From Utricularia gibba (taxonomy: Eukaryota > Plantae > Magnoliophyta): a DNA stretch of 64,000 bases. The notes beneath the pieces were generated by a model. That model worked only from the letters and a program-made list of their open reading frames with translations. It was not told where the DNA came from and did no database searches. Shown one piece after another: positions 24,661 through 37,997 of the stretch (positions within the stretch are counted from its first letter, which is position 1; each line of letters opens with the position of its first letter). The stretch covers positions 620,001 to 684,000 of the forward strand of contig NEEC01000015.1 in the NCBI GenBank assembly GCA_002189035.1. Direction: 5' to 3'. The position numbers and the translations under genes are program-made.

Positions 24661-24962
24661 CCTCTCACCGGGGAAGGAGAATCGGATAACGGTTACTCTC
24701 CACTTCTCGGCTCTGCTCTGAACGTCTCAGAAAATATTCCAATTTCCTTTTTTTTGTGAAGAATAATTATCTTTTTTATTAACACCAAAATTTACTCATA
24801 ATGAAAATAGGGAAGGCGCGGGAACAAAATAAGTTCATGAATAAATGTAAGTAAATAAGGAAGCGTATCAGCGCAGCACCGGCGGTTAGAGTGTAAAGCA
24901 GTCTAAACTATACAACCGATAGCAGCAGAAGAACCAAAGGAAATGAAAAGAGGCACTCTTCT

Positions 24963-27900
24963 TCACCTCGATGGGGTTTCTGATGGCTGGCTGCTGTTCA
25001 GGGCGGAGCTGGAAGGGATGGTAGGCAGGCCACCGCCGGCATTGCCATTTTCTTGGGAAGTCGATGCGCCGCCCCACTTCGTCTCCGACTCCGAAGGCTC
25101 CAGCACATGCACTGCGCCGTCACTCATACCCAATGCGAACTGATTTGGGTCGGATGGATGGGCGGCGACCACCATGGGGAAGGCAGGACTGGTGGTGGTA
25201 CTGGAGAAGGATGATATGTAAGCTGATGGTGATATCCGGCACCGGAGACCTAAATTGTCGGCATCGAATATCCCAACAGCACCATCACAAAAACCGACAT
25301 AGATCAACGTCCCGTCGCATGAGTATATGGTGCTTGAAATTGGTGAAGCCAAAGAGTCTCTTGGGTACCACTGAAAAAAGGAGCACTCAGGTTATCTGCT
25401 ATGGGTAAAAGGTAGGGATTCTGAACAACCCAGCAGGCCGGAAATTCCAAAAACAAGAAAGGGGTGCGGTGCACTCACCGATCGCAGACATTCTAGTTGA
25501 GAATCATAGATTGCAATCTGGCTCTCGTGGGAAACCAGCAGATGAGTTTGGTTGTTGTGAAACTGAACTCTGGTTTCCCCAACAAGAGGAGATGGGTGAC
25601 CAGGTGGCGCCTGTATGGGCCCTGACTTCTTCTTCTCCCATCCATCGATATTCCATACAAATAACTGCAGTTTGGATTCAAAGCAGCCAGATTATGGTAA
25701 AAAGTAAAAAGAGAGTCACTATACCACTTATTAGGAAAAAAAAACTTGCCTGTGCATCGGCTCCGGAAGACACCAGAATGTTCAGACTTTGGGAGAATGC
25801 CAGGCCTGAAATTCGTTTCTGATGACCCTTGAGCTTAGTTTTTACCTGATCAGGAAAAAACAAACAAAATGGGTAAAGCGTGTTTCCAGTGGCCACACCA
25901 TCATCCACTACTTGCATACACCCTCGCACTAATTTACCAATCCATCACTCTGAAGAAAACTTCATCCACAAACAAAAATGAAGGTTACACAGACAGAAGT
26001 TACCTCATCAACCCTGACGTTGTAAATTTGTATGGTGGAATCTTCCATTCCAATAGCAATGATGTTGTTGTCCTGTGGATGAAACGCCAGGTACGTTGCT
26101 GCTGGGGGTGGTGGCATGAAGGTTGTCATAACCTGAAAAAAGACAAGAGCACATAAATTTCTTACTTAGCTTACAAAATCATGGAGATAGGGATAATCGG
26201 CTTGTCATGCTCGTAATGCATAAGCATGTTTTTGAATGATAAACAATTGAATACACAAAAAGTATATTAGAATGCCATCAAACCTTGAAAGTCATCATAT
26301 TGAACAGTGAAACCTTCCCACCTGAAGCTGACATCACATATGAATCATTCTTAGACAAGGCAATGCACGAGACAGAATCCTCGGTCACTTTGACATCACT
26401 TATGTCATTAGACATGAGAACCCCATTGGTGGGCTGCCAGAGCTGTGGTACATTCGAAGAGGAAGACTGCAAGGATGCATCAAATAAGAAAACTAGAAAA
26501 AACTCATATAAAAAAACAATTGATGCAGAAAACAACTGCTCATTTAAGACCTTTCCAGATGGGTTCCGCTCATTTCTTTGCCATTTCCAGAGCTTATGCA
26601 CAGCGTTTGCGCCCAGACCTAGCACAGCTACCCCAGAATTTGTATATAGCAATCTTAAAACCTGCAGCGCATTTAGAATTCAGAGAAGAGTACATAAGGA
26701 AATTATTAGAAACTCTACTTTCTGAAAGCCCAGCTAGCTGGGGTGAGATACATAAAATTCTAAAAACGAAGGGAAGTCAGGAACTCATCGTCTATCACAC
26801 AACTCACATCAATGTTCATCTACACGATGTGCACAAAAAAATGCAAAGAACAGTGCCCCATGAATATTTGAACCAGGAGAAAAAAAAAATCACATCGCTT
26901 TACTTGATGAAATTAACCCAGTGCAGACATACTTTGCTGGGTGTCAGGGGATCAGGCAATTTCAGAGTTTTGAGCTGAGATGCATCTGATATATCAGGGA
27001 ATTTCCAGCCCTTAATTTTGTCGGTGTTTTCAAGGGTCCTTGGTTTAACATCAGCGGCCCTGTTGCTCTCCATGCTAGTCTGCAATGTCCATATCGGATG
27101 ACTCAGATTTCGCATATAAAACATAAACAAAAAAATCCCAAACAATTAAATAAACAACCAGCAGGGACATTGGCTGCTGAATCCTATCCACATGGTCGGG
27201 AATAGGGGAAATAGAGGCAGGAATGTTGGGTATTGGACTCAGTGATCCAGCTACGGATGGCTGCAGAAGGGGTAGCATATAAGTTATCATCGAAAAGGTA
27301 ATGAAAACTTATCAGAAATGGCTGAGCAGAAGATAGGACATACACACCTTGACATTGACCGGCTCAGAAAGACCACGAGCCCCATCAAATGCTCTTGTCT
27401 CTAAGATTCTCAACAGGCGCTGCCCATCTGCATTTGCAAGGATCTTGATACCATTATCGCTTGTTGTAACAGCCAGCAACGATCCTTCTTTATTGAATCT
27501 TAACCTGGGGCTTGCCTGCAATTTTTTTCAGAAAGGTAATTTGTGGTATTTCTTGAAACCAACAAAAAGACAAAATAAAAAATCAAGCCCTGTATTCTTT
27601 ATCCAATCGAGTACTAACAGGCAGTCCACCATCAGCTTCTGTACTGGTTAGCATGCTGGTGTTGTCCATATCCCAAAACTTTATCTGAAACTCATCACCT
27701 GCTGCTAGGAAACGATTTTTGGTGGTGTCAAACTGCACAACACCTAAAGAACGCTTTCGGAAACCCAAGTACGTCCTTTTAATTGCCCCCTCACTCTCGT
27801 TCCACTCAACAAGGTAAGATTCACCCTCCTTGCTGGTTCCGCAAGAGAAGAGCCTGAGAAGATAAACATTTTAAAATCAACTAAACATTTTAAAAACTTT

Positions 27901-30900
27901 TCAGGAAATAATTTAAAATCACAAAAAAGAAACCTGGTTCCATCTGCACTGTATGCCATCGTTGTACACCAAAGCCCAGGGGCATCATAATCTACCCTTG
28001 AACCGACTGAATCATAAAGCCATGCTTTTATTTTACCATCAATGGCGGTAGAGAAGATAAACTACACAGAAAAATGCATGATCACCTCAGTGATTCTATA
28101 GATGAGAGCAACAAACAAGACATACAACACAAAATGATGACAAAAAATTCTCACTCAACAGACCTGAATGTTTTCCTTGTAATGAGGGCAAAGTGAATAA
28201 ACAGCAGATTCATGGCCTTCAAAAGTATACTGCCTGTGCCCCATAGCAGCATCCCACACCTGTAATACACAGTCACTATTAAATCCGAAGCAACCATACA
28301 AGAATATTCTTCCAGATCACCTGTTACCTTAATGGTTTTGTCATCCCCACATGTGACTATACTGAGCTGCTTGTTGGGATGAGCAAATGCAATATCATTC
28401 ACACCACCAGTATGAGCATCAATCTGCAATTAGGAAACATAAGCACCCACAAAATTTCGAAGTTGACTTCTCAAACAGAGAAACATTTGAAACTATCCAG
28501 ACCTCTAAGTGTTGCCTTAACTCTCCTGATTGACTGTACATATATATCTGAACTATGTGCTTGGAAAAGGCCACACCTACATGATACACCGACAAGAAAG
28601 ATAGCAACAGCAAAAAAAAAAAAACAAAAATCATTTACTACAAAATGCCAAAGTATAAAATGAAGTTTTTGCATACCAAGTATTGAACCATCTGCCCCCA
28701 AACACATCTGTTTACCGATATCGTCGCATCCTTTACCAGTGTAGTCTGGGCAGTTGTGAAGCATTAGATATATCTCAAATTTAAATCCAAAGGGCACTAG
28801 TATAGAAAGTTAGAAGCAAGATCTACTATACAGTTGGAACACCTAAATTGGCTTAAGAAGCACAGCATCCAAAAACACCAACTCACCTGAAATGGCATTG
28901 AACAAGCTGAAATATTCCAAACTTTGAAGTTTTTTAGAGCCAGCCTTTCCCGAGAACCAACTTCCCATATACTTATATCACCAACATTAGTTCCAACTGC
29001 AATGAAAATAAGTTGAGTTACGCAGTCTGATGCCACAAGTGCCACTAAGATCTTTAGCAAGATAATCTATTGAATGCTACATTTCACAGTACAAGGCATT
29101 CAAATATGCAAATAAAAACTGCAGAATTAAAGAGAACAAGGATCAGATCAAAATTCAAGTTCAAACCTAGAAGAACAGTTTGCTTTTGTGGATGGAAGTC
29201 CATGCTCATAACGTTAGATCCTTGATTTAGATTCCGAACAACAGTTTTGGGAAGATCTTCTGCGGAGCTAATGTTGGGAGCGTGTGATGATCCAGAAAAC
29301 GAAACCTACGGGACACACAAACTATCACATGTAGATCCAAAAATATCACATAGCACTGAAAAATTTATGTTATCAGAAAGACAATGTGCTTTTATACTTG
29401 TAAATACCTCATCTGGTTGACCAGTACGTAGGCGTTTCATGAGATGCTCAGATTCAGCAGTCTGATAATCTATTCCAGGACCTCCAGGAGGCATTCTCGC
29501 ATGTTTCAAAAATGCGGCTGCTGCGACATGGGAAAAAGAATATAAGAAAATAATAACCAGGCAAGTGTTCTTATTGGTAAGGCTAAGGAGTAATAGTTAA
29601 GAATTTACCAGAACTCGGCGCCTGAATAAGACCAGGAGGTGCAGCAACAGCAGCATGCGGCATAGATGGGTTGGCAGCTGACATCCAGCCAGCAATCGCA
29701 TTTGGAGTAGGGGAAACAACTGGTTGGAAAGGCTTTATACACGGAGAAAGAAAATGTTAGATAAGAAAATAAATGGCAATACACCACATAAACCAATTTT
29801 ACATACCCCATGACCCCCGAGAGGAGGGAAAACGCCAGGTTTGGGAACAGGCCCAGCATGGGGTCCATTAGTTGGAGGAGGAGCACGCGTACCATTGCTA
29901 GAGGCGCATGTATGGTCAGTAAATAATGTCTTGATGTCAGGGTTTGGTCGAGGATTCTTGCAGAGCTGATGCTGCCAGTTCAAACTGAAAAAAGCCAACA
30001 CCCAGAGCATCAAGTGAAGCCACGTGAATCTTGCACATTTACTAGAGATAAAAAAAATGATGGCATAATGAATGCATGAACATCGAATATAAAATGGCAT
30101 ATGTAAATACCTCTGATTTATAAGCGTCCTTAACCTTGAAGCCTTAAAAGCAGGAAAAGTCAGCTTATCTCGAAACAGTGGATTTGCTTCTATAAGTTTT
30201 TTGAGTTCAACAAGCATAATGTTGCGAGCTGTCTTTGTGTCCCCATACTTTGATAGCTGCTCATTTTGCCTTCATAAATTTCACAGGTAAGCATGTGAAC
30301 TTAGTTTTGTACAGAAAACCAAATTTTTACCTGAAATTTTCAAGGGTCAAGAGCTGTGTGATTTCTTTGAAAAGATCTTCATTGAAAGACGCAAACACCT
30401 TCAGATCCTTAACAAGAATATCAACAGCTTTCGCTCGATCCTGCCTGCAATGTCAAAGACATAAGTAACAATGCAAACAAAATCACTGAACACGTTCAAA
30501 GTCATCATATGTAGGACCTAGTTCCAGCATACCTGTCAAGGGCTTCTAGATATTTCTGTTTTCTAATCTCAAAGAAAATTTTCATAGAATAGCGGTTGTC
30601 CTCAACTTTTGTAAATCCACTCAAGTAGCGCTCAACTTCCTCCCATTCTCCAGCTTGAACTTGGTCTTCAAAGTACTTCATGTTAAAGAAAAAGCTAGAC
30701 TCTTGCTCCAGCCTGAGTTAAATGAAGATATTACAACAAATTCAGATGCAACGTAGCAAGTGAGATCCAAAAACCACTGAAATACACCACAAAGTTGAAA
30801 CTTCCCCAATTACCCAGGCTGCAATATATGTAGTAAAAACGGAGCATTTTCTTTAGAAACGACGAATGTGGGGGTGGGCATTACAAATTTTGTGTTTCTT

Positions 30901-31111
30901 TTCAACATGATTATTATTTCTGACAAGAAATCTCATGGCCCAAATACATTCTATGATATATACTAGAGTTATGGCAAAGGGCTGGTGAGCTGCAAGAAAT
31001 TAAAAAAAATTTGAAAAGCTAAGTGACATACTTGTGCACAGTTTCCTTGAACTTCTCCTCGTCCAAGAACTGCAGAATTAAGAAAACCAGTTCTCGACTC
31101 AGGGATGACAT
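24963..31111 (-). CDS. TPR: TOPLESS-related corepressor (LisH-CTLH-CRA plus WD40), many exons, at least one -1 frameshift
   Basis: MSSLSRELVFLILQFLDEEKFKETVHK, LKKLIEANPLFRDKL, NQSLNWQHQLCKNPRPNPDIKTLF, EIDAHTGGVNDIAF, MSASGGKVSLFNMMTFK, LKGHQKRISGLAFS. SVNRCVWG(P/A)DG needs +1 at 28695-28699. Confidence 0.95.
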
Positions 31112-32159
31112 CGTAATCCCAGCTGGTATCCCCAACCAATCCAGCGCACCAGTAGATCACCAATCCAAAACAAATGGGGTGGATGGTGCGACGGAACGCA
31201 GACACCTAAACGATTTCCTTACGTGAAACAAATTATCTGTAATGAAGGGGATACAACTCTCACTACTGACTACTCTAATCTCATTCAGCATCACCTGAAA
31301 CCAAGAAAAATTCAACCCGTCATCTCAAAAGCCCGACATTGAAAACACACACAACCATCCTGAACACGCTCCATCAAAATTCGAAACACAAAACGTATAA
31401 GAAAGACCGTTTTATCCAGTAAGGAAGTGAACTTCAAATGCTACGCACACATACGCACCGGCAACACCATACATACAATCGAAACTTCAAACCTACAAAG
31501 AAAAACTGGAGACCATGAACGTACCAGCAAACGCCCACTTCTGTTTTCCCCATAAAGCCTCCCCTAATTTACAGAGCTCGAAACAAAATCCCACAATCAC
31601 ACTAATGCAAGATCTGGGAATACATTTCCTGGGAAAAAAAACGAAGATAAGGAGAAAAAACCAGAGGAGGGGAGGTTTAATTTGTATGTGTGGGGGGGCT
31701 CCCACGCCAACAAAAAAACAAACTGTTTTTGTGTATACAGAGAACTAGGGTTTATCCGTCAAGGAAACCAGCCGTCACTATCAATCTCTTTGCCCCTTTT
31801 GTGTTACCATTCCTCCAAGACTCCCAGCTTTCTCTCTCCCCTCCATTCTCCCCCCTACAGACTCAGATACCTACCTCCCCCACGTGTAATAATGTCTGCT
31901 GTAAATATTTTTTAAAACAGAAAAATGAAAAATAATATGAAAACAGTTTCGTGAATAATAGCCGTAGGATTGCCTTGATCTAACGGGGTGGACTGTCACT
32001 TTCAGAACGACTAGTCAATATTAATGACGAGATTATGTCATTAATATCTCCGATACACTCTCCACTTTCCATAATTAGCCTTAAGACACCTTTAACAAAA
32101 TGTAGTTTGAAATAAAAAAGCAACCAACCAACCACCGTTGTCATAATTTTCAAAAGTTC

Positions 32160-33010
32160 CGTTAAAATCAAAATCTTATTTTATTCAGATATTCAAATAT
32201 TTATTTTTCATAATTTGTTGTAATAATTGGTTTTTAAAAACATAAAATATATCAATTTTAAGAGGGAATTTAATTATAATTTATAAATGTTTATTTTGGG
32301 GTATTCTAATTGACTATCCTTTTAAACTTTAGACGTGGAAGGTGCATATATTTGTTGTTTATGATTATAATTGACCTAATTTTGGAAAATAGAAATTTGA
32401 TTATTGATAGTTTAAAATAGTTGTCAAATGGAAGTATAATTACCATTTTATATTTTTATTTAATTTAAATTTTAAAATTATTACAACAATAGTATAATAG
32501 TCTATTGTCAATTTATGAGAACATCAATTCCATCAACACTCATTATAATTGACTATTATCAAAATTTATAGTAATATGATTTAAATCTATTATACTACCA
32601 TCAAATGAGATCATCATTACAAATCATAGTTGTGTCACCATCATAATCCATAAACTACTTTCATAATCCATCTTTTATATCCCATCACTATCATTTACTA
32701 ACACTACTAAATCATTTTTGAAATATCATTAAAATCCACAATTTTATTAAAGTAAAACCTTTTAGAATTAGAAAATCATGTTAATGGGCTGTAAATTATA
32801 TCTGAAATTCTAATTAATTATTATAGGAATAAAATAATGTCAAATATAATGACAACTCTTCACTATCCCCATCTTCCAAACATAGTATGGAATAAAACGA
32901 TGTTTACAATGGACATATTCTATATTTTGATTACATGTTTCAAATTATATAAAATTCAAATTTTAATATACTTAATTTAAGATTATAAAAATCAAATGTT
33001 ACTGGTACGT
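32160..33010. other. Extremely AT-rich non-coding tract between TPR and the SPH gene
   Basis: Visibly A/T-dominated, no ORF in the track, repeated aattgactat at about 32308 and 32548. Confidence 0.7.
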
Positions 33011-33140
33011 AACTCCTGTATTTTGCACACATATTCATGCCAAAGTTTCATGATGAACTTTTCTGTTTGATTCCTGGAACATAGAATAGTTAGCGTAGTA
33101 GCTATTGAAGTGAACAAAATTCCATTTCGTGTGTGAGATT

Positions 33141-33608
33141 CTAGTTAGCATAGTAGCCTTTTACAACCCCACCTCTGCTAAGAGACTCATAGTTTGGAGC
33201 ATATTCGTATGTTATCCAAGTACTCAATCTAGGATCCCATCGGTATGCACTTTCTTCATCAAATCTCCAGTCACAGGATTCATACTCATCCTTGCTGCAC
33301 TCATAGTCATATCTATAGGCAACAAAGGTGCCCATATTAGTAGAACAGTTGAACATGGTAGAAGAAGGGTATATGAATCTCCTCTTGAGTTTGAACATGT
33401 ACTGGCCCCATGGCAGCAGGTGCACAACATCAAAATCATTGTCAAAGGAGAAGCAACGAACACTGAGGTAATTGGTGTGGTTATTTGTTATAACAACGGT
33501 TTTCTCGCTTGGATCTACTCTTGCTTTTGTAGATGGGGCGTTTAATAGGATGAAAACAAGGAGCATGAGAAGGAAAGAGGTTGGCATGGTAAACCTGGTG
33601 GCCTCCAT
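33141..33608 (-). CDS. S-protein homologue (SPH, plant self-incompatibility S1 family), secreted
   Basis: Signal peptide MEATRFTMPTSFLLMLLVFILLNAPSTKA; TVVITNN..LSVRCFSFDND, YMFK, TMFNC, YEC..SCDWRFDEESAY...W; four Cys. TATA-like element at 33928-33934 and a probable 5'UTR intron. Confidence 0.8.
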   Translation of the reverse strand: MEATRFTMPTSFLLMLLVFILLNAPSTKARVDPSEKTVVITNNHTNYLSVRCFSFDNDFDVVHLLPWGQYMFKLKRRFIYPSSTMFNCSTNMGTFVAYRYDYECSKDEYESCDWRFDEESAYRWDPRLSTWITYEYAPNYESLSRGGVVKGYYAN

Positions 33609-34319
33609 TTTGGTATTTGTAGGTGCCTTCCCTCCCCACACCTGAATGTGCATGTGGATTCTTTTGTTAGTGATATAATCTTGGAAGCACATGCCTTTGC
33701 TCCATATTAAAAATTGATACTAATTTGTGACATGTACTTCACCGCAAAATATTGAAAGAAAACCAATAAATTCCTCTCTAGATGAATAAGGGAATCTAAT
33801 AGGTTGAAAGGAATACCTTTGTTTCTTCTGAAAAGGGGAAGCGCTCGCAGGGATGCTTCTACAATATCGAGGGATAGCAAGGAGACTACTCCCAATATCC
33901 AAGGATTCAAATAAGGGTAGTGTGTGGTTTATATGTATTTACCTCTATTTGCTCATCCAGTGGTTAATAAGAGGTAATGATTATAGTTCAATTTTGTCCA
34001 TCCGTTGGTTTTCTTCAACTATCAACGGATTTCCGATTATTCATCTTCATTTGTCCTCCTATTCTTTGTTTCTTCCTTAGAAGAACCATATGAAAGCTTC
34101 TTCATATGAAAATGAAAGGGAATGTCATCAATCTACGAAGCTGGGTAGCGAAACTAGCATGATAATTGTCAAGCTACATGAAGTTGAACTGAAAATGAAC
34201 AATAATGTAGACGCTGAACATATTTCTAGTTGAGAGAAACTGCAGTATACCAGACTGGTTGGGGTGAATTTGGGTGGTTGTTTCGACAATGGGATGATGG
34301 AAGGGAACACCAGCTTCCA

Positions 34320-37263
34320 TTACACAATGCCCCTAACCTCGCCATCAATTGAATGGAAAATCGGATGCAGGTATGCCTCAGCGAGCAAGGATCTCAAGTT
34401 GGGATCCAATTCAGCAGCGCCAAGATCCTGTGTGTCCTTGGTCATGGCTTCCTGATCAGGGAGTGATTTCCATGAGTAACATCAAAGTAGCAGATAATAT
34501 ACCATTTTACGTTTTTGTGTGCTTACCTCGAGTGGGTACTTCCTAAATGCAGGCTCAAAGCGACTCTTGCAGTACTTATGGAAGGTCAAGGTGAGGATGG
34601 GTAGAATTATAAGGAGGGGAGTGGAATTTGCAGCTTTTTTAGTGCTGAGAAGTCCCAACAGCAGCAGTTGAGATATGAGTAAGCTTGCTATAATACGACC
34701 ATGGACGTGTGGCCAAAATGCAGCTGCACTCTCATACTCTTGGTTATACACATTAACCACCTGCAGGCAAGCAAAAACAGAAGGATTGATGACTCCAAGT
34801 AACAAACAAGAACATTGGCTCGAAGTTCATTTGATTTCCTGACCTGATGATGGTACACAAAGTAGGCGAAGGCGAAGAAGATGAGTATGAAAGGAAGAAG
34901 AATAGGAGTGATCACCATGTAGACTAGCCCCAGCAGGAAATACAACTGAAGACTTGGCAATGTTTCAGGTAAATCAACACTTTTAGGATCCATTGCCTTT
35001 TCCAAGTCCCTCTCAGTCTTCACAAGGAACATGTTCTTTAGGTGGAAAATCACCAGTGCCTTGATTCGTAGTATTTCACTAGCAATTCTAGCCCAGCCAT
35101 CCAACATTATGTATGTAATGAAGAAGGTGGCTTTCATCGGAATCGAAACTCCGATGGTTCTTGGGATTCTAAAGGAAAAGATTCTAGAGATTACTACACA
35201 AAAACAAGAATAACCAACATAGATCATCTGCAAGGAACCATGATACTTACTGGGCAGCAGATTCGTGAAGGAAAGCATCAAGCTGCTGGAAAGCTGTACC
35301 AGTAATTATGCTACCTAAGAACACATTGACTAACATGAAATAGTAGTACTTTGCAGCACTCCTTCTTTCCAGCACTGATTTAATTTCATAGCCTTCGATT
35401 TTCGACATCATCATCAAAATTTTTGGAAGAACGAGCAAAAATATCTTAAGAGCTAGACCTGGAAGAAAACCCTGTAAAAAGGATTTTATAACCCTCCTGC
35501 ATCACAAAAGATACTGTATAAAAACATCAATATTTCAAATAAATGCTATGGGAGCCATAGAAAGGAAAGCAAGTTTCATTTACCTTTCAACAACTGGCCT
35601 GAGGAAAGGAGCAACCCTATCTAAACCCTCCAGGTTTGCCAATGATTGCACAAAAGCTATAGGTATCATGTAAAAGAACACCAACGCAAACATAAGTACA
35701 GATATCACAAGTTTGCGAATGGTAATTGAAAAGAAGGGTATTCCCAGATTCTTCCAATACACATCACGAGGTTCTGGAGCCCAATTTGTCAACCATACTG
35801 TAGGATTTTTACTCTGCTGAGTCTGTGCACAAACAGCTGCACCCCATCTTGAGTTGAATGACACAAATGCAGCAGGAGACACTGATTTTGGGTCTTTCAT
35901 AACTTTTTCCCGCTCGAGAGCAATCTTTTCTTAACACAAAGATCCATTTATAGAACTTATAAAAGACAGAAACTGGCAAAACAGGACAGGTTAAATGCCA
36001 GTTTTCTTTACCTTTTTGTTGAGATCATTGATTTGTTCTCTGTAGAAGTCAATTGTATCAACCCTTTTACCCCATAGCCCAAGAAATCCTCGCTGCATGG
36101 CATGAAACCAACATAGAAGTTCAGTCCTTGTTGATAGGATACAGTTTTGAAATTAGTGCTTACCCTCCGAGTAGGCCTCTTCCCTGGGTTTTTTTCAAAC
36201 TTGAGTTGGTTGTAGTCCAGCCAATTCTGAAGCTTATTCCTCTTCTTGACAAGTTTGGCAAACTTTTTAGCATAATATACAGCCTGAATAATGAAACCAG
36301 TGATCTTAGATAACAGTAATCAAGAGGAGCATTTGATTGAAGGTTGAGGTTTTATGTGACCTGATGGCAAAAGTAATGCTCAGGATGGTTTCTCCGAAAG
36401 AACCTCTCCACAGTATCCGATATCGAGGATCCAGAAACGTGTGGCACACCCGTAACAAGAACCTGAATTGATCTCGGATTATTTTGTGCGAACCCGGGCG
36501 AAAACAATTTGGAAATGTTACCGTGAATTGTTCAGGCCGCCTTGGTTGTGTAGCTAAAAAGTTGAACCTCATGGCTGCAACTCTTCTATATTCCACAAAA
36601 AGCATGAAACAAGCCCAAAACGTGAATGCGTACTCCAATGCTATGTGGATAAAGAACCTGAGTTTAATAACAATATACCAACAGATGAACCTTTCATGTG
36701 TATCATCCAAAACTAAGGCTAAAGGAAGCACACATCTGCGCATACTTATAAGAGTTGGCATGAACATTTGATATCGAGAGCTTGTCAATATTGCTGACAA
36801 CCAAGTCTCTTTGTAGGAAAAACAATGCACTACCAGATGCGTTCACAGGAATCAGAATCACCAGAGCAACAACTGCTATTGGTGCAAATATCTTCAACCT
36901 GCAACACAAATTTTACAATTTCACAACTTCCAAACGTAAATTCCTTAGAGTTCAAAGCACTGACCCCAGAGTGTAAATCCTCAAAAATACAGCAGAATCA
37001 AGGCCAGCGTGGGTAATAATTTCTGCTTCAGACATCTTAAGGGCCTGCGGCATCCAATTGAGGAAACTGAAGTATGTCTTCAAGTCAAGATTAAAAGCTC
37101 TATTCCTGGGATCATTGCTCCTCTTCCCCAGTACATACCATTTAGTAAAATAAACTCTATCATTTATGGGCTGAATACGTAACAACGCGAAAGCAAGCAA
37201 GAAAGCAAACGCGCCGAGTATGTTAATAAGAGCTGATACTCCGATATCTGCAAGAGTAGCCAT
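34320..37263 (-). CDS. OSCA1.8: OSCA/CSC1 mechanosensitive Ca2+-permeable channel (OSCA1.8-like), multi-exon
   Basis: MATLADIGVSALINILGAFAFLLAFALLRIQPINDRVYF, HAGLDSAVFLRIY, AAFVSFNSRWGAAVCAQTQQ..WLTNWAPEPRDVYWKNL, YNQEYESAAAFWPHVH, AYLHPIFHS. The 3' end is uncertain (see findings). Confidence 0.92.
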
Positions 37264-37730
37264 CTACCGCTCTGAAGCAGAGGTGGGGCGCGGTGAAAAT
37301 GGAAAACGGAGAGACCCAGAACAGGGAAGCCAAGAATATTTGAATCGAAGGCCTTGAAAATGAAGTTTCAGATGCTTTGCGTCAGCTACAAACAAACTTC
37401 CTTGAGGAATGTGAAATTTCTTGCGTTGGTGTAACCTGTAAAGCAGATGCAGCTGCAGAGTTTTGGGTGTCATCCAGAATCACGGGTTGCTTTTCGATTG
37501 AGTCGTCGTGCTCCGCCATGAACTGAATCGCCAAACCCAAGCTTCCCGCCACCGCCTCCATCGAACGTTTTATTAGCATTAATTACAATTAGTCAAAGTA
37601 AACAAGTGTTTTACAGCTTGTACATCGCTGTAACTAATGCCGTTGTAGCCTATTTAACAATTAACACTAATTTTAATTCTAGTTTTAGTAAAACACGAAC
37701 CCCGTTGGAAGACTTGATTACGTCACGTTC

Positions 37731-37813
37731 GGCCCACATTTGAACTTCGGACCTGACCCGGCCCTAAATAGAAATTTGAACGTGATTTATTTAGAATAGT
37801 CGGCCCTGGCCCA
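37731..37813 (+). promoter_or_regulatory. Site II elements in the divergent OSCA/RH5 promoter
   Basis: GGCCCA at 37731-37736 and 37808-37813. Confidence 0.45.
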
Positions 37814-37997
37814 CATTTTAACCATAATTTTTCTTTTTTTCTTTTTTGTTCTTCTTTTTTTTAAAAAAAAATTTTTAGAGCGTGTTTCCAGTTTCTACGT
37901 TGCCCTTCTCGCGCCGCCCTCCGACCCTTTCGAGTTCAGGCGCTTCTTCTTGCAGGGTTTTGGGGGTTTTTGGTGGAAGAGGCCAGAAGACTAAACC

